From assembly GCA_965223415.1 (NCBI GenBank), contig OZ245002.1, positions 4,768,001 through 4,832,000 on the forward strand: a stretch of 64,000 bases of DNA. Direction: 5' to 3'. Of the stretch, positions 30,348 through 41,200 are shown in pieces (the first letter of the stretch is position 1; every line of letters starts with the position of its first letter). The stretch comes from Myxococcota bacterium (GTDB lineage Bacteria > Myxococcota_A > UBA9160 > UBA6930). The translations under genes were made by a program, and so were the position numbers. Below the pieces are notes generated by a model that saw only the letters and a program-made list of their open reading frames with translations, was not told the origin of the DNA and did not search any database.

Positions 30348-31471
30348 GCCTCGTGAACGACATGCTCGAGGATCTGGACCGGCGCACGCGCGATGGCGAG
30401 CGGGCACGCTCGACGGGCCTGCGGGCCGTGCAGGCCCGGCGCCGCAGCCGGCGCCTGGCGTGGACCTGCTTGGGCCTCGCGACCCTGGCCGCCTGCGGAA
30501 TCGCCGCCGTGGCGTGGATCGCGGGCCGGCCGAGCGCAGAGACGGCCCCGGCGCGATCCGCATCGCTCCCCTCGGCTGCGATCCAGCCGCTGCCGGCCGT
30601 TGCCTCCGCGCCTCCGGCGCCGCCCATGCCGTCGCTGGCCTCCCCGGAGCCCACAACGACGCGGGCAGCTCCGACCTTGCTTGCGCCCGGGGCGGCCGAA
30701 GCGCCTCCCACGTCGCCGGCGCCGCCGATCGCGGCGCAGGGAGACCCGGCGTCCGAGAGCCCGGTCGCGATCGAGGAACCGCCCACGGGCGGAGAGCCGT
30801 TCGCGAACGCCGCGCCTCCGCCGTCCCAGTCGATCGCGCGAGGCGGGCAGGTCGCCGCCCGGGGCGAGCCGATCGCGCCAAAGCGGCTGGCGGACGAGCT
30901 CGTGCACGAAGGAGCCCAGCTCATCGCCGGCGGTCGGCTCGACGCGGGCCTCGATGCGTGGCGGCGCGCGCTCGAGCTCGACCCGACACGGGCCGAGGTG
31001 GCAGCCCGGGCTGCGCGGCGGCTCCTGGCTGCGCAACGTCCAGCCGAGGCGCGAGTGTGGATCGACCGCAGTCGCGCCACGCGGCCGGACGATCCGGTCC
31101 TGCGCGAGCTCGACGCCCGGGCCTGGCTCGCCGTCGCCGGCCCCGAGGCGGCCCTGCGCTCGCTCGAGCCCACGCTCCCTCCCTTCGAGGCGGCGCCGGG
31201 GCTCCATGCCCTGCGCGCGGCGCTGCTGCAAAGGGAAGGGCGCCACGCGGAGGCGCTGGAGGCGTACCGGGCGTTGGTCACCCGTGCGCCGGGAGAGGGC
31301 CGCGCCTGGTTCGGACTCGCCGTCTCCGCCCACGTGCTCGGACGCGAGGCCGAGGCACGGATCGCCTACCACCACGCCCTCGGCGATCCGTCGCTGCCCG
31401 GTGCCCTCGCGCGCCACGCCAGGAGACGCCTGGCGCGAGGGGCCGCACGGCCCGGGGAGGACCCGTCGTGA
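30344..31471 (+). CDS. mshN: TPR protein MshN
   Basis: MSLVNDMLEDLDRR N-terminus, TM, C-terminal TPRs. Confidence 0.85.
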   Translation: MSLVNDMLEDLDRRTRDGERARSTGLRAVQARRRSRRLAWTCLGLATLAACGIAAVAWIAGRPSAETAPARSASLPSAAIQPLPAVASAPPAPPMPSLASPEPTTTRAAPTLLAPGAAEAPPTSPAPPIAAQGDPASESPVAIEEPPTGGEPFANAAPPPSQSIARGGQVAARGEPIAPKRLADELVHEGAQLIAGGRLDAGLDAWRRALELDPTRAEVAARAARRLLAAQRPAEARVWIDRSRATRPDDPVLRELDARAWLAVAGPEAALRSLEPTLPPFEAAPGLHALRAALLQREGRHAEALEAYRALVTRAPGEGRAWFGLAVSAHVLGREAEARIAYHHALGDPSLPGALARHARRRLARGAARPGEDPS

Positions 31472-33207
31472 GTGCCTCTGCGGGCCGGAAGAAGATCCGC
31501 ATCGGCGAGCTGCTGGTGCAGAACGGCCTCATCAGCGAAGACCAGCTCACCACCGCCCTCGTCGAGCAGAAGAAGGCCGGACGGCGCCTCGGCCAGACCC
31601 TCGTCCAGCTGGGCTTCGTGACCGAGGACGCGATGCTGGAGCTCCTGTCCCGTCAGCTGGCGATCCCGTTCGTCGACCTGCGTCACTACGAGTTCGACCC
31701 CCAGGTCGTGGGCCACCTGCAGGAGACTCACGCCCGCCGCTTCCGCGCGATCGTCCTCGAGGACTCCGGGGACGACTTCGCGGTCGGAATGGCCGACCCG
31801 ACGGACCTCTTCGGCCTGGACGAGCTGGGACGCATCCTGCGGCGCCCGATCCGCCAGGCCATCGTGCGGGAAGCCGACCTGCTCCAGACCATCGATCGCG
31901 TCTACCAGGACAAGGACGAGCTCACGGACCTCGCCGCCGAGCTCGGCGAGGAGCTCGCCGCCAACGACGCGGACTTCGACGTCCGCAACCTGCCGATCGG
32001 CGAGGATGCCACCGAGGCTCCGGTGGCCAAGCTCCTGCAGTCCCTGTTCGAGGACGCGACCCGCACCGGGGCCTCGGACATCCACATCGAGCCGGACGAG
32101 GCGGCCCTGCGCGTCCGCCAGCGGATCGACGGGGTGCTGCGGGAGCAGGTGGTCGCGGGGCCCCGCATCGCGGCGGCAGTGGTCCTTCGCCTCAAGCTGA
32201 TGAGCGGCCTCGACATCTCCGAGAAGCGCCTGCCCCAGGACGGCCGCTTCAACATCAAGGTGAGCGGACGCACCGTCGACGTCCGCCTCTCCACCATGCC
32301 CATCCAACACGGCGAGTCGGTGGTGATGCGGCTGCTCGACCAGAGCGAGGAGCAGCTCAAGATCGAGCACCTGGGCATGCCGAAGCGCGTGCGCGCGAAG
32401 TTCCGCGCGGCCCTGGCCCGGCCCCACGGGCTCATCATCGTGACCGGCCCGACCGGCAGCGGCAAGACGACGACCCTCTACGCGGCGCTCCGGGAGGTGA
32501 ACCAGGCAAGCAAGAAGATCATCACCGTCGAGGACCCGGTCGAGTACCAGCTGCCGCGGATCAACCAAGTGCAGGTCAACCCCAAGATCGACCTCACCTT
32601 CGCCAGCGTGCTGCGCGCGGCCCTGCGGCAGGACCCGGACATCGTGATGATCGGCGAGATGCGCGACCAGGAGACGGCCGAGATCGCCCTGCGCGCGGCC
32701 ATGACCGGCCACCTGGTACTCTCCACCCTCCACACGAACGACGCGCCCTCCGCCGCCATGCGCCTGGCCGACATGGGGGCCGAGGGATACCTGGTGGCCT
32801 CGGCCCTGCAGTGCGTGATGGCCCAGCGTCTGGTCCGCCGGGTGTGCAAGCGCTGCGGCGCCAAGGCCCGGCCCGAGGGAAACGAGCGGGCCTGGCTCGA
32901 GGCGGCCGTGGGAGAGCGGGCGGAGGGGCTCGAGTTCGCCCGGGGCGCCGGCTGCACCCAGTGCAACGGGACCGGCTACCGGGGCCGCATCGGCGCCTAC
33001 GAGCTGCTCAGCATGACGGATCCCCTCGCCGACGCCCTGCGCCAGGCCGACCCCAGCGCCTACGTGCGAACGGCCCGCGAGGATCCGGAGTTCCGCTCCC
33101 TGGTCGCCTGCGCGATGGACTACGCCCGCGCGGGCCTCACGAGCCTGGAGGAGGTGATCCGCCTCGCGACCGAGGCGGAGCCCGACCTCTCCGGCGACGA
33201 CGACTAG
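31468..33207 (+). CDS. mshE: pilus assembly ATPase MshE with MshEN c-di-GMP-binding domain
   Basis: RIGELLVQNGLISEDQLTTALVEQ / RLGQTLVQLG motifs; GPTGSGKT, LRQDPD, STLHTND. Confidence 0.95.
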   Translation: MSASAGRKKIRIGELLVQNGLISEDQLTTALVEQKKAGRRLGQTLVQLGFVTEDAMLELLSRQLAIPFVDLRHYEFDPQVVGHLQETHARRFRAIVLEDSGDDFAVGMADPTDLFGLDELGRILRRPIRQAIVREADLLQTIDRVYQDKDELTDLAAELGEELAANDADFDVRNLPIGEDATEAPVAKLLQSLFEDATRTGASDIHIEPDEAALRVRQRIDGVLREQVVAGPRIAAAVVLRLKLMSGLDISEKRLPQDGRFNIKVSGRTVDVRLSTMPIQHGESVVMRLLDQSEEQLKIEHLGMPKRVRAKFRAALARPHGLIIVTGPTGSGKTTTLYAALREVNQASKKIITVEDPVEYQLPRINQVQVNPKIDLTFASVLRAALRQDPDIVMIGEMRDQETAEIALRAAMTGHLVLSTLHTNDAPSAAMRLADMGAEGYLVASALQCVMAQRLVRRVCKRCGAKARPEGNERAWLEAAVGERAEGLEFARGAGCTQCNGTGYRGRIGAYELLSMTDPLADALRQADPSAYVRTAREDPEFRSLVACAMDYARAGLTSLEEVIRLATEAEPDLSGDDD

Positions 33208-33208
33208 C

Positions 33209-34432
33209 ATGGCGCTCTTCGCCTACACGGCGCGGGGTCGGGACGGAGCCCTGATCGAGGCACAGATCGACGCCCTCTCCAGCGCCGACGCGGCCGCGCA
33301 GGTCAGGGAGTCCGGCGCGATTCCCGTTCGGATCCAGCAGGCCGAAGAGCGCGCCGCCGCCACCGGACAGGGCGGAATCCGCCTGCGGCGCCGACGGGTC
33401 ACCCAGGAGGACCTGATCTTCTTCTGCCGCCAGATGCACCGGCTCGCCCGCGCGGGCGTGCCGATCGTCCGGTCGATCACCGGCCTGGCCGAGTCGACCC
33501 GCAATCCGGCCTTCCGGGAGATCCTCCTCGACATGCTCGAGGGCCTGCGTTCGGGGCGCGAGCTCTCGGACACGCTGGTCCAGCACCCCGGGATCTTCCC
33601 GCGGCTCTTCGTGAGCGTCGTCCAGATCGGCGAGAACACCGGGCAGCTCGACGACGCCTTCCAGCAGATGGGGCGCTACCTGGAGGACGACCGCGAGAAC
33701 CGGCGTCGGGTGAAGACGGCGCTGCGCTACCCGATGATCGTGATCTCGGCGATCGTCGGCGCGCTGGTGGTGGTCAACATGTGGGTGATCCCCGCCTTCG
33801 CCCGCGCCTTCGGCGAGCTGGGCGCGGAGCTGCCCTGGGCCACCCGGCTGATCATGACCACCAGCAGCTGGACGGTCGCCTACTGGCCCTACGGCCTGAC
33901 CCTGCTGGCAGGACTCGGGCTCCTGACCCGGGCTTTCATCCGCACCGACGAAGGCCGTCTCGCCTGGGACCGGGCCAAGCTCCGTATCCCGCTGGTCGGC
34001 TACATCCAGTACCGCGCGATCCTGGCCCGGTTCGCCCGGGCCTTCGCGGTCACCTCCCGCGCCGGCGTGCCGATGCTCGAAACCCTCCGCATCACCGCCG
34101 GTGCCCTGGACAACGCCTTCCTCTCCGAGCGCATCCGGGGACTGGGCCAGAGCATCGAGCACGGTGAGACGCTCACCCGGGCCGCCGCCGCCTCGGACGT
34201 CTTCGACCCGCTGGTGCTCCAGATGATGGCGGTGGGGGAGGAGACCGGGATGCTCACGGACATGTTCGTCGAGATCGCGGAGACCTACGAAGGCGAGGTG
34301 GAGTACGAGCTCAAGCGGCTGGCCGAGTCGATCGAGCCGATCCTGATCGTGGGCGTGGGCGGCATCGTGTTGCTCATGGCCCTGGGCATCTACCTCCCGA
34401 TGTGGGACCTGGCCGGGGCGGCCCTCGGCTGA
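33209..34432 (+). CDS. mshG: platform protein MshG (PilC/GspF family)
   Basis: GENTGQLD, ALRYP, VGEETG, IEP, YLPMWDL. Confidence 0.95.
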   Translation: MALFAYTARGRDGALIEAQIDALSSADAAAQVRESGAIPVRIQQAEERAAATGQGGIRLRRRRVTQEDLIFFCRQMHRLARAGVPIVRSITGLAESTRNPAFREILLDMLEGLRSGRELSDTLVQHPGIFPRLFVSVVQIGENTGQLDDAFQQMGRYLEDDRENRRRVKTALRYPMIVISAIVGALVVVNMWVIPAFARAFGELGAELPWATRLIMTTSSWTVAYWPYGLTLLAGLGLLTRAFIRTDEGRLAWDRAKLRIPLVGYIQYRAILARFARAFAVTSRAGVPMLETLRITAGALDNAFLSERIRGLGQSIEHGETLTRAAAASDVFDPLVLQMMAVGEETGMLTDMFVEIAETYEGEVEYELKRLAESIEPILIVGVGGIVLLMALGIYLPMWDLAGAALG

Positions 34433-34560
34433 GCGGGGTGCGCCAGACGGCGGCTCCTGGCTGGCTCCGCAGCTCAAGTGCAGCCTGGGGCCGGCCGATG
34501 ATTCGCGTGTCCCTGGAAGCCTCCAGCGGCACGCGAAAACCCACCAGGGGGAACATTGCC

Positions 34561-35025
34561 ATGAAGCATCCGGCGAACACCCGACGCGGCTCCGGCTTCA
34601 CGCTGATCGAGCTCGTCGTGGTCATCGCGATCCTCGGGCTGCTGGCCGCTATTGCCCTGCCCAAGTTCGTCGACCTCACGGCCAACGCCCGGACCGCCGC
34701 GTTCGACGGCGTTCGCGGCGGCTTCGCTTCGGGCGTCCAGCTCGCCCACGCCCAGTGGCTCGCCACGGGAACGGCCCCGGCCACCATCACGATGGGCGGC
34801 TCCGTCATCAACATGAACGCCGCAGGCTGGCCCACCGTCGACGCCGCCAACGCCACCCAGGACTCGGCCGCGGAGCTCTACGCGCTGCTCATGACCGGGC
34901 CGATGCCGACCGGCTGGGCGGGCACCGAGGCGCCGGCGGCGGGTGCGGGGACGGCCACCTTCACCCTCGCAGGCGCCGGAGGCGGTGCCTTCACCTACGA
35001 CGCCACGACCGGCGTCGTCAACTAG
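34561..35025 (+). CDS. MSHA-type pilin (MshA/MshB-like, probable major pilin)
   Basis: GFTLIELVVVIAILGLLAAIALPKF; own intergenic leader and RBS. Confidence 0.9.
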   Translation: MKHPANTRRGSGFTLIELVVVIAILGLLAAIALPKFVDLTANARTAAFDGVRGGFASGVQLAHAQWLATGTAPATITMGGSVINMNAAGWPTVDAANATQDSAAELYALLMTGPMPTGWAGTEAPAAGAGTATFTLAGAGGGAFTYDATTGVVN

Positions 35026-35036
35026 CCGACCGCGCG

Positions 35037-35519
35037 GTGGGGCTGCTTCCGCCCCAGCGCTCCGCGGGCTTCACGCTCACCGAGCTGGTCCTCGTCGTGA
35101 TGGTGCTGGGCCTGCTCGCCGGCGTGGCGGCACCGCGCTTCTTCGAGCGCAGCACCTTCGACGAACGCATCGCGCGCGACCAGCTGGCGGCTGCCCTTCG
35201 CCACGGCCAGAAGCTGGCCCTGTCGAGCCACTGTGAGGTGCGGGTGCAGACGACCGCGTCGAGCTTTCGCCTGGACCAGCGCACCGCCTGCACCAGCGGC
35301 GCCTTCGGCCAGCCCGTCTTCCATCCGGCGACCGGCCAGGCGGGCTACACGGGAGCCATGCCGCCCGGCGTGGCCTTGGCCAGCTCGGTCAACCCGCTTC
35401 ACTTCGACGCCCTGGGCCGCGCCACCGATGCGGGCGGTGCGGTCTCGGATGCCACGCTCCGCGTGGGCGGGCGCGTCGTCCAGGTGGTGGGGGCCACGGG
35501 ACTTGTCCGCTCGCCCTGA
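35037..35519 (+). CDS. mshC: minor pilin MshC
   Basis: GFTLTEL..APRF, FDALGR. Confidence 0.85.
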   Translation: MGLLPPQRSAGFTLTELVLVVMVLGLLAGVAAPRFFERSTFDERIARDQLAAALRHGQKLALSSHCEVRVQTTASSFRLDQRTACTSGAFGQPVFHPATGQAGYTGAMPPGVALASSVNPLHFDALGRATDAGGAVSDATLRVGGRVVQVVGATGLVRSP

Positions 35520-36000
35520 CCGCCACCGCCGCCGCCGGGGCGTCACGCTGGTCGAGCTGGTCGTCTCCATCTCGATCATCGCCGTCGCGCTCGTCGGCAC
35601 GTTGCAGGTCGTGCGGGTGACCGGGGGCGCCAGCGCCGACCCGATGATCCGACAGCAGGCCGCCGCGATCGCGGAGGCCCATCTCGCCGAGATCCTGCTG
35701 AAGGGGTTCCACGACCCGGATCTCGGCGCCGGGGGAGGGGTCTGTCCGGCCGCCGAAGGGGGCGGGCGGGCCGTCTGGGACAACGTGTGCGACTACGAAG
35801 GCCTCGACGACGCCGGCGCCCGCGACCAGCAGGGGCTCGCGATCCCGGGCCTCGGCGGCTACCGGGTGCGCGTGAGCGTCGACACCACCGCGACCCTGGG
35901 CGGCCTGGTGGGACCCGGGGACGTGGTCCGGGTCGACGTGCGCGTGAATTTCGACACCTCCGTCGACTTCGTCGTCAGTGGCTATCGGACCCGGACGTGA
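35503..36000 (+). CDS. mshD: minor pilin MshD
   Basis: GVTLVEL, SADP, LAEIL, DNVCDY, C-terminal GYRT. Confidence 0.85.
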   Translation: MSARPDRHRRRRGVTLVELVVSISIIAVALVGTLQVVRVTGGASADPMIRQQAAAIAEAHLAEILLKGFHDPDLGAGGGVCPAAEGGGRAVWDNVCDYEGLDDAGARDQQGLAIPGLGGYRVRVSVDTTATLGGLVGPGDVVRVDVRVNFDTSVDFVVSGYRTRT

Positions 36001-36145
36001 GGGTCGCTCCCCGATGGTGGGAACTGGACGTGACGGTCGCTCCTCGATGGTGGGAACTGGACGTGACGGTCGCTCCTCGATGGTGGGAACTGGACGCGAC
36101 GCTCGCTCCCCGATGGTGGGAACTGAACCTGACGGTCGCTCCCCG
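35993..36145. repeat. 33-bp tandem repeat, 4 full units plus a partial
   Basis: GGACGTGACGGTCGCTCC(C/T)CGATGGTGGGAACT starting 35993, 36026, 36059, 36092, 36125. Confidence 0.95.
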
Positions 36146-37049
36146 GCCGTCCGATGCGACGGTGACGCCGGCCCGCCGGCGCCGGGCCGGATTCACCCTG
36201 GTGGAGCTGATCGTGACCCTCACGATCAGCGCACTCCTGGCGGGCCTGCTGATGACGGCGATCCAGGCCCCGCTGCTCGCCTACGAGGACGTGGCCCGTC
36301 GGAGCCGTTTGGTCGACGGAGCCGAGAACGCGGCGCGCCACATCGAGCGGGAGGTGCGCTCGGCCTTGCCGAACAGCCTCCGGCTCGCCGCCGGCGGCCG
36401 GACCCTCGAGCTGATCCCGACGGCCGACGGAGCGCGCTACCGGCGCCAGCCCGGCGTGAACCCGAGCACCGCCGACCATACGGCCGCCAGCGACGTGCTC
36501 GACTTCACCGGGGACGCCTCCTGGAACGTGCTCGGGAGGCTCCGGAACCTGGGCTTCGGCTACGGCGTGGCGCTCCCGGCGGGCCGTCGGATCGCCATCT
36601 ATCCCACCAGCACCTCCGTCTACACCGAGGCCGCGGCGGATGCGTCGCCGGCCGCCGTCACGCCCTCCACCACCACGATCACCGTCCTCGACGACGGGGA
36701 CGAGGACCAGCTGACGCTCTCGGCTCCCTTCGACTTCGCTCTCGAATCGCCGGACCAGCGCCTCTACGTGATCGAGGCGCCGGTCACCTACCGCTGCGAC
36801 CTCGGTGCCGGAACGCTCACCCGCTACGACGGCTACGGCTTCCATGCCGCCCAGCCCGACGCCCCGGCGGCGGCCCCGCTCGCGAGCGGCACCCGCGCCC
36901 TCGTGGTCGAGGGTCTGACGGCGTGCACCTTCACCTACGTGGCGGGCACGGCGAGCCGCGACGGCCTCCTCACCGTCGCGCTCGGCGTGAGCGAAGCGGC
37001 GGAGACCGTGAGCCTGCTCCATCAGGTCCACGTGGAGAACGCGCCGTGA
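35997..37049 (+). CDS. mshO: minor pilin MshO (start may be as late as 36162)
   Basis: GFTLVEL, REVRSALPNSLR, C-terminal QVHVENAP. Confidence 0.9.
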   Translation: MRVAPRWWELDVTVAPRWWELDVTVAPRWWELDATLAPRWWELNLTVAPRPSDATVTPARRRRAGFTLVELIVTLTISALLAGLLMTAIQAPLLAYEDVARRSRLVDGAENAARHIEREVRSALPNSLRLAAGGRTLELIPTADGARYRRQPGVNPSTADHTAASDVLDFTGDASWNVLGRLRNLGFGYGVALPAGRRIAIYPTSTSVYTEAAADASPAAVTPSTTTITVLDDGDEDQLTLSAPFDFALESPDQRLYVIEAPVTYRCDLGAGTLTRYDGYGFHAAQPDAPAAAPLASGTRALVVEGLTACTFTYVAGTASRDGLLTVALGVSEAAETVSLLHQVHVENAP

Positions 37050-37459
37050 AGGGGCGGCGGAGGCGAGAGGCGGGCTTCGGCCTGGTCATGGCGATCTTCG
37101 TCCTGCTCGTCCTGGCCGCCGTCGGCCTCGCCCTGGTCGATCTCGGCGCCGTCCAGCGGCGCACGTCCAGTCTCTCGCTCCAGGCCCTGCGCGCGGGGCA
37201 GGCGGCCCGCAGCGGCCTGCAATGGGGCGCCCAGCGGGCGCTCGCCACCGGCACCTGCCCGCCGACCACCACCCTGGCCCTGAGCGAGGGCGGGCTCCAG
37301 GGCTTCACCGCCCGGGTCACCTGCAGCGCGACGGTCCACGTCGAAGCCGCGACCACGTCGACCATCTTCGAGCTGGATGCGGTGGGCGAGTACGGCGCCT
37401 TCGGCAACCCCGACTACGTCCGACGACGCGTCCGCGCGAGCATCCACCAGGGGAGCTAG
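37046..37459 (+). CDS. mshP: minor pilin MshP
   Basis: GFGLVMAIFVLLVL, AARSGLQWG, YVRR. Confidence 0.85.
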   Translation: MKGRRRREAGFGLVMAIFVLLVLAAVGLALVDLGAVQRRTSSLSLQALRAGQAARSGLQWGAQRALATGTCPPTTTLALSEGGLQGFTARVTCSATVHVEAATTSTIFELDAVGEYGAFGNPDYVRRRVRASIHQGS

Positions 37460-38247
37460 GAGCCGGGCACGTCTTCCGCCGGCTTTCGCGCCACGCAGAG
37501 GAGGCAATCGCGGAAAGAGGGCACCAGCTTGCAGACGGCCAGGTAGGCGAACATCGCCAGGTCGCCCGGGCCCTGGAGGCGGAGGCCGGGCGCGTAGCCC
37601 TCGGGCGTGCGGTGGAAGCGGTTGGCGACGTTGTCGAAGCGGAAGCTCGCGATCTCGAAGCCCGACCACTGGAGGACGCTCTGCAACCCGGCCCGGGTGT
37701 ACTCGTGGACGTGGTCGATGTACGGATAGCTGCTGTCGAAGAAGCGCCGCGTGTTCATCGGATGTCGCCCGAACAGGAGCGCCAGTCGCTTGCGGAGATT
37801 GGCGTAGTTCGGCGTCTCCACCATCACCAGGCCGCCCGGCTGGAGCACACGCCGCACCTCCGAGAGCAGGTGGCGGGGGCTCCCGTGCAGGTGCTCGATC
37901 ATGTCGAGCAGGGTGACGAGGGCGAACTGGCCGTCCGGGTAGGGCAGGGGTTCGACCAGCGTGTCGCAGTGGGTCGTGGGAACGCCGTGGGCCTCGAGCC
38001 AGGCCCGGTTGTTCGTGTGGAGGTCGGCGCTGGCGACGTCGAAGCCGAGCCGCGCCATCGCCGAGGGGAACACGCCGATGCCCGAGCCCACGTCGAGGAC
38101 GCGACCGCCCGCGGGAACCCACACGAGGGCGTCCTCGAGGTTCAAGCGGTGCTTGACGAAGTTGCGCGCAAAGCTGTCCCCGCGCAGGGCTTCCGGAAGC
38201 TCCGAGCCAACCCAATCCAGCGCGGCGTCGATGTCGGCGTCGGGCAT
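37456..38247 (-). CDS. class I SAM-dependent methyltransferase
   Basis: VLDVGSGIG, DMIEHL, LQPGG, TPN, HVHEYT. Confidence 0.9.
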   Translation of the reverse strand: MPDADIDAALDWVGSELPEALRGDSFARNFVKHRLNLEDALVWVPAGGRVLDVGSGIGVFPSAMARLGFDVASADLHTNNRAWLEAHGVPTTHCDTLVEPLPYPDGQFALVTLLDMIEHLHGSPRHLLSEVRRVLQPGGLVMVETPNYANLRKRLALLFGRHPMNTRRFFDSSYPYIDHVHEYTRAGLQSVLQWSGFEIASFRFDNVANRFHRTPEGYAPGLRLQGPGDLAMFAYLAVCKLVPSFRDCLLCVARKPAEDVPGS

Positions 38248-38290
38248 CGGCCGAGCATAGGCTACGGCGCGCCCGCGGCGGCGCGCGGGC

Positions 38291-41200
38291 TCAGTAGGCG
38301 TCGCGGACGTAGATCGTGCGCCCCTCGCCGGCGAAGATGCCGAAGGTCGCCCGGCCCGAGGGGCTCTCGAGCCAGCCGCCGTCGCCGTCCCAGTCGCCGA
38401 AGAGCCAGGGAAGGTCGGCGCCGGTCGCGGTGGTGAGGTCGAAGAGCAGGTCCACGTGTCCGGTCTGCCCGGCTCCGGGAGCGGAGAGGGCGAGGCCGGC
38501 GTCCCCGGCGAAGAGCGGATCGTTCGCGATCGAGGGCGTGGTGGGGAGGCTCGGGGGCTGGGGCGCGAGCCCCAGCCAGGCGGTCGAGGCGGGGCTGCAG
38601 ACGTCGGCGGCATGGGCCACGAAGGCGCTTCCGTTCCACAGCTCGGCGCGCAGCGGGACGCCCAGGGCCGCGAGCTCGGAGCCATGGGCGTTGGCGAGGG
38701 CCATGCGCCCGAAGCGCTGCTCCTTGCCGGTGTCGAAGGCGATCCCCAGGCCCGGTGTCGCCTGGCCGAAGCGCACCGGGTTGGCCGCAGCAGCGACGCC
38801 GTCCTGGTCCTGGAGGTCGAAGCGCAGCTCGATCTCCGCGTCGAAGGCCGGGATCGGCGCGCTGCGCACGAAGCCCAGATCGGGCCCGCCCGTGAAGGAC
38901 AGCCGGCCGATGCCGGCGCCCAGGGGCGTCACGCTCGGCGGGTTCGGTGCGGCGGCCGTGAGCGAACCGGTGGCCGAGAGGAAGGCCAGGCCCGTCTGGC
39001 TCGCCCCGTCGAGGCGGAACCAGCTGCCGGTGTAGTTCTCGGTCGTCGTGCCCTGGGCATTGCGTGCGGTGGCCGTCACCTCGGGCTCCTGGCCGGCGGC
39101 GAAGGAAACGGGCTGGCCCACGTAGCCGAAGCCCCCTGCGGGGCAGGCCGTCGCGAAGCTCGGCGTGTTCAACGCGACGTCGAAGTGGTCCGGGGTGAAG
39201 CGGCCGACGGTCCCGGATTCGCTTCCCGTGACGTCTCCGGTCCCGAGGTAGCTCCCGTCGGCCAGGCTCGCCTGGAGGCGGATCGCGCCGACCTCGTCCC
39301 AGCCGAAGGTGGTGCCTCGGAAGGTGCCCGCCGGCGAGATCCCGGCGAAGGCCGTCGCGTTCAGGATCGCGCCGGTTCCCGTGGTGCCGTTGCGCCCACC
39401 GCCCGGAGCCACGAGGGTCGAGGCGTGCAGGCGAAGCCTCTCCGGGCTGGCCTCGCGGCCGAAGCTCGGCGTCAGGCTGCCCTCGGCGTCGAGCACGCGA
39501 AGCTCCACCTCGAACGGGCTTCCCGCCGCCACGAAGACGCTGCCCGTCGGAATCGGGACCGCGGGGTTCGGGCTCCCGTCCGGCCGGCGCACCGCGGTGA
39601 TCTCCAGCTCGTCGGGCCGGACGACGAACGCATTCGTGGACCCGGTGATGCCGCCAGCGGGCTCGGTCACGCTCTCGTCCTTGAGCCCGATCTGGATCCG
39701 TCCCACATCCTTGTACTTCGCCGACACCACGGCTTGCCCGTTGCCGAAGGTGACCGCGTGGGGAAGGGCGGCGGCCTCGCTGGCGGCGATCGGCACGCCG
39801 CCGACGGTCGGGACGAGGGCGCCCGTCGTCGGGTCGAGATGGCTGCCCCAGAAGGCGAGGGGCCGGCTCCCGGTGTAGGACTCGATCACGCCGCAGGTGG
39901 GGTCGTTCGGGGTCTGGCCGTAGGCCGTGAGATGGAGGGAGAAGGGGCTTCCGGCGGTCTGACTGGGAATCGGATCGGCGACCACGGCCGGCGGCGGATT
40001 CGTGAGCGCGCTCGCCGTCACGACGATGCCGCTCGGCGCCCACGCGAGGCTGCCCTCCGCGTCGTCGTCCCGAACGGTCGGAGTCGCCGTCTCGAAGGCA
40101 TCCACGTCCACCGGCGTGCCGCCCTCCAGGTAGGTGAGCGTGAAGCTCGCCATGCCGTCGTCTGCGTCGGTGAAGGTGTAGGTCGCGATGCCGTCGTTCG
40201 GCGTGGCGTCGGCGAAGCCGCCCTGGTTCGATGCGGCCGCCGCCCACGTGCCCTTTCCGGTCTGGGTGTCGAGGGTGATGGCTCCCGTGTAGTCGTCGAC
40301 GGCGAGGCCCCCGGTGTCCAGGGCGGTGACCGTGATCCTCTCGCCCAGGCAGTAGACGCCGTGGCCGTCGTGACCGATGGCGAAGTGGTCCACGCGCGCG
40401 GCCCGGAGAGCCTCGTAAGCCCCGATGTCGAAGGCGCCGCCCAGCGGCCGCGGGTTGCCTTCGAGGTCCTCGGACGTCGTGGCACTGGCGTCGGTGCCCG
40501 CATCGATTGCGGGCGAGCTCGCCAGGAGGTGGAAGTCGCCGGCGGCGACGAATGACGGATTCGTGAAGACCTCCCCGGTGCCGGCGGAGGTGCCCGAGAA
40601 GTGCCCGCCGCGATTGGCCCAGAGGACGTTGTACGCGTGGGTGACGGCACTGCCCGAGCCGGTCCGCCGGATGCCGTGGCCACGGCTTCCGCTCACGATC
40701 GAGTTCGTCAGGAATGCGCTCGCGCGATCCACCAGCAGCCCGTCGCTGCCGTTGTCGGCGAGGACGACGTGCCACAAGTTCGCGCGACTTCCGCGGACGA
40801 CGCGGGCGCCGCTCGCCTTGCTGCCCGCGACGATGCTGTTCACGAGGGAGGCCTGCGCGTTCAGCGTGACGTAGACACCGTGGCCCCCGCTCGCCAGGAG
40901 GCGACTCCGATAGATCCGGCCGGTCGCGGCCGAGTCGACCTGGACCGCCTCGTCGCCGCTGCGCTCCACCTGTCCCCCGGTCAGGGAGAACACGGCGCCG
41001 CCCGTGACCTCGATGCCATCGCCGCGGTTGTCGGCGAGCGTGGCTCCGAAGACCCTCACGTCGCCGGCGCCCGAGACACGAATGCCATCCTCGCCGCTGC
41101 GATCGATCTGGAGGTCCACGGCGTCCATGGTGGACCGCAGCACCTCCAGTCCCTGGCGCCCGCTCCCGTGGATCGAGGTCTGCCGGATCGATCCCTTGGC

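Noticed and set aside
35993..36145. CRISPR array
   Set aside because: Units are contiguous with no unique spacers; no cas genes in window
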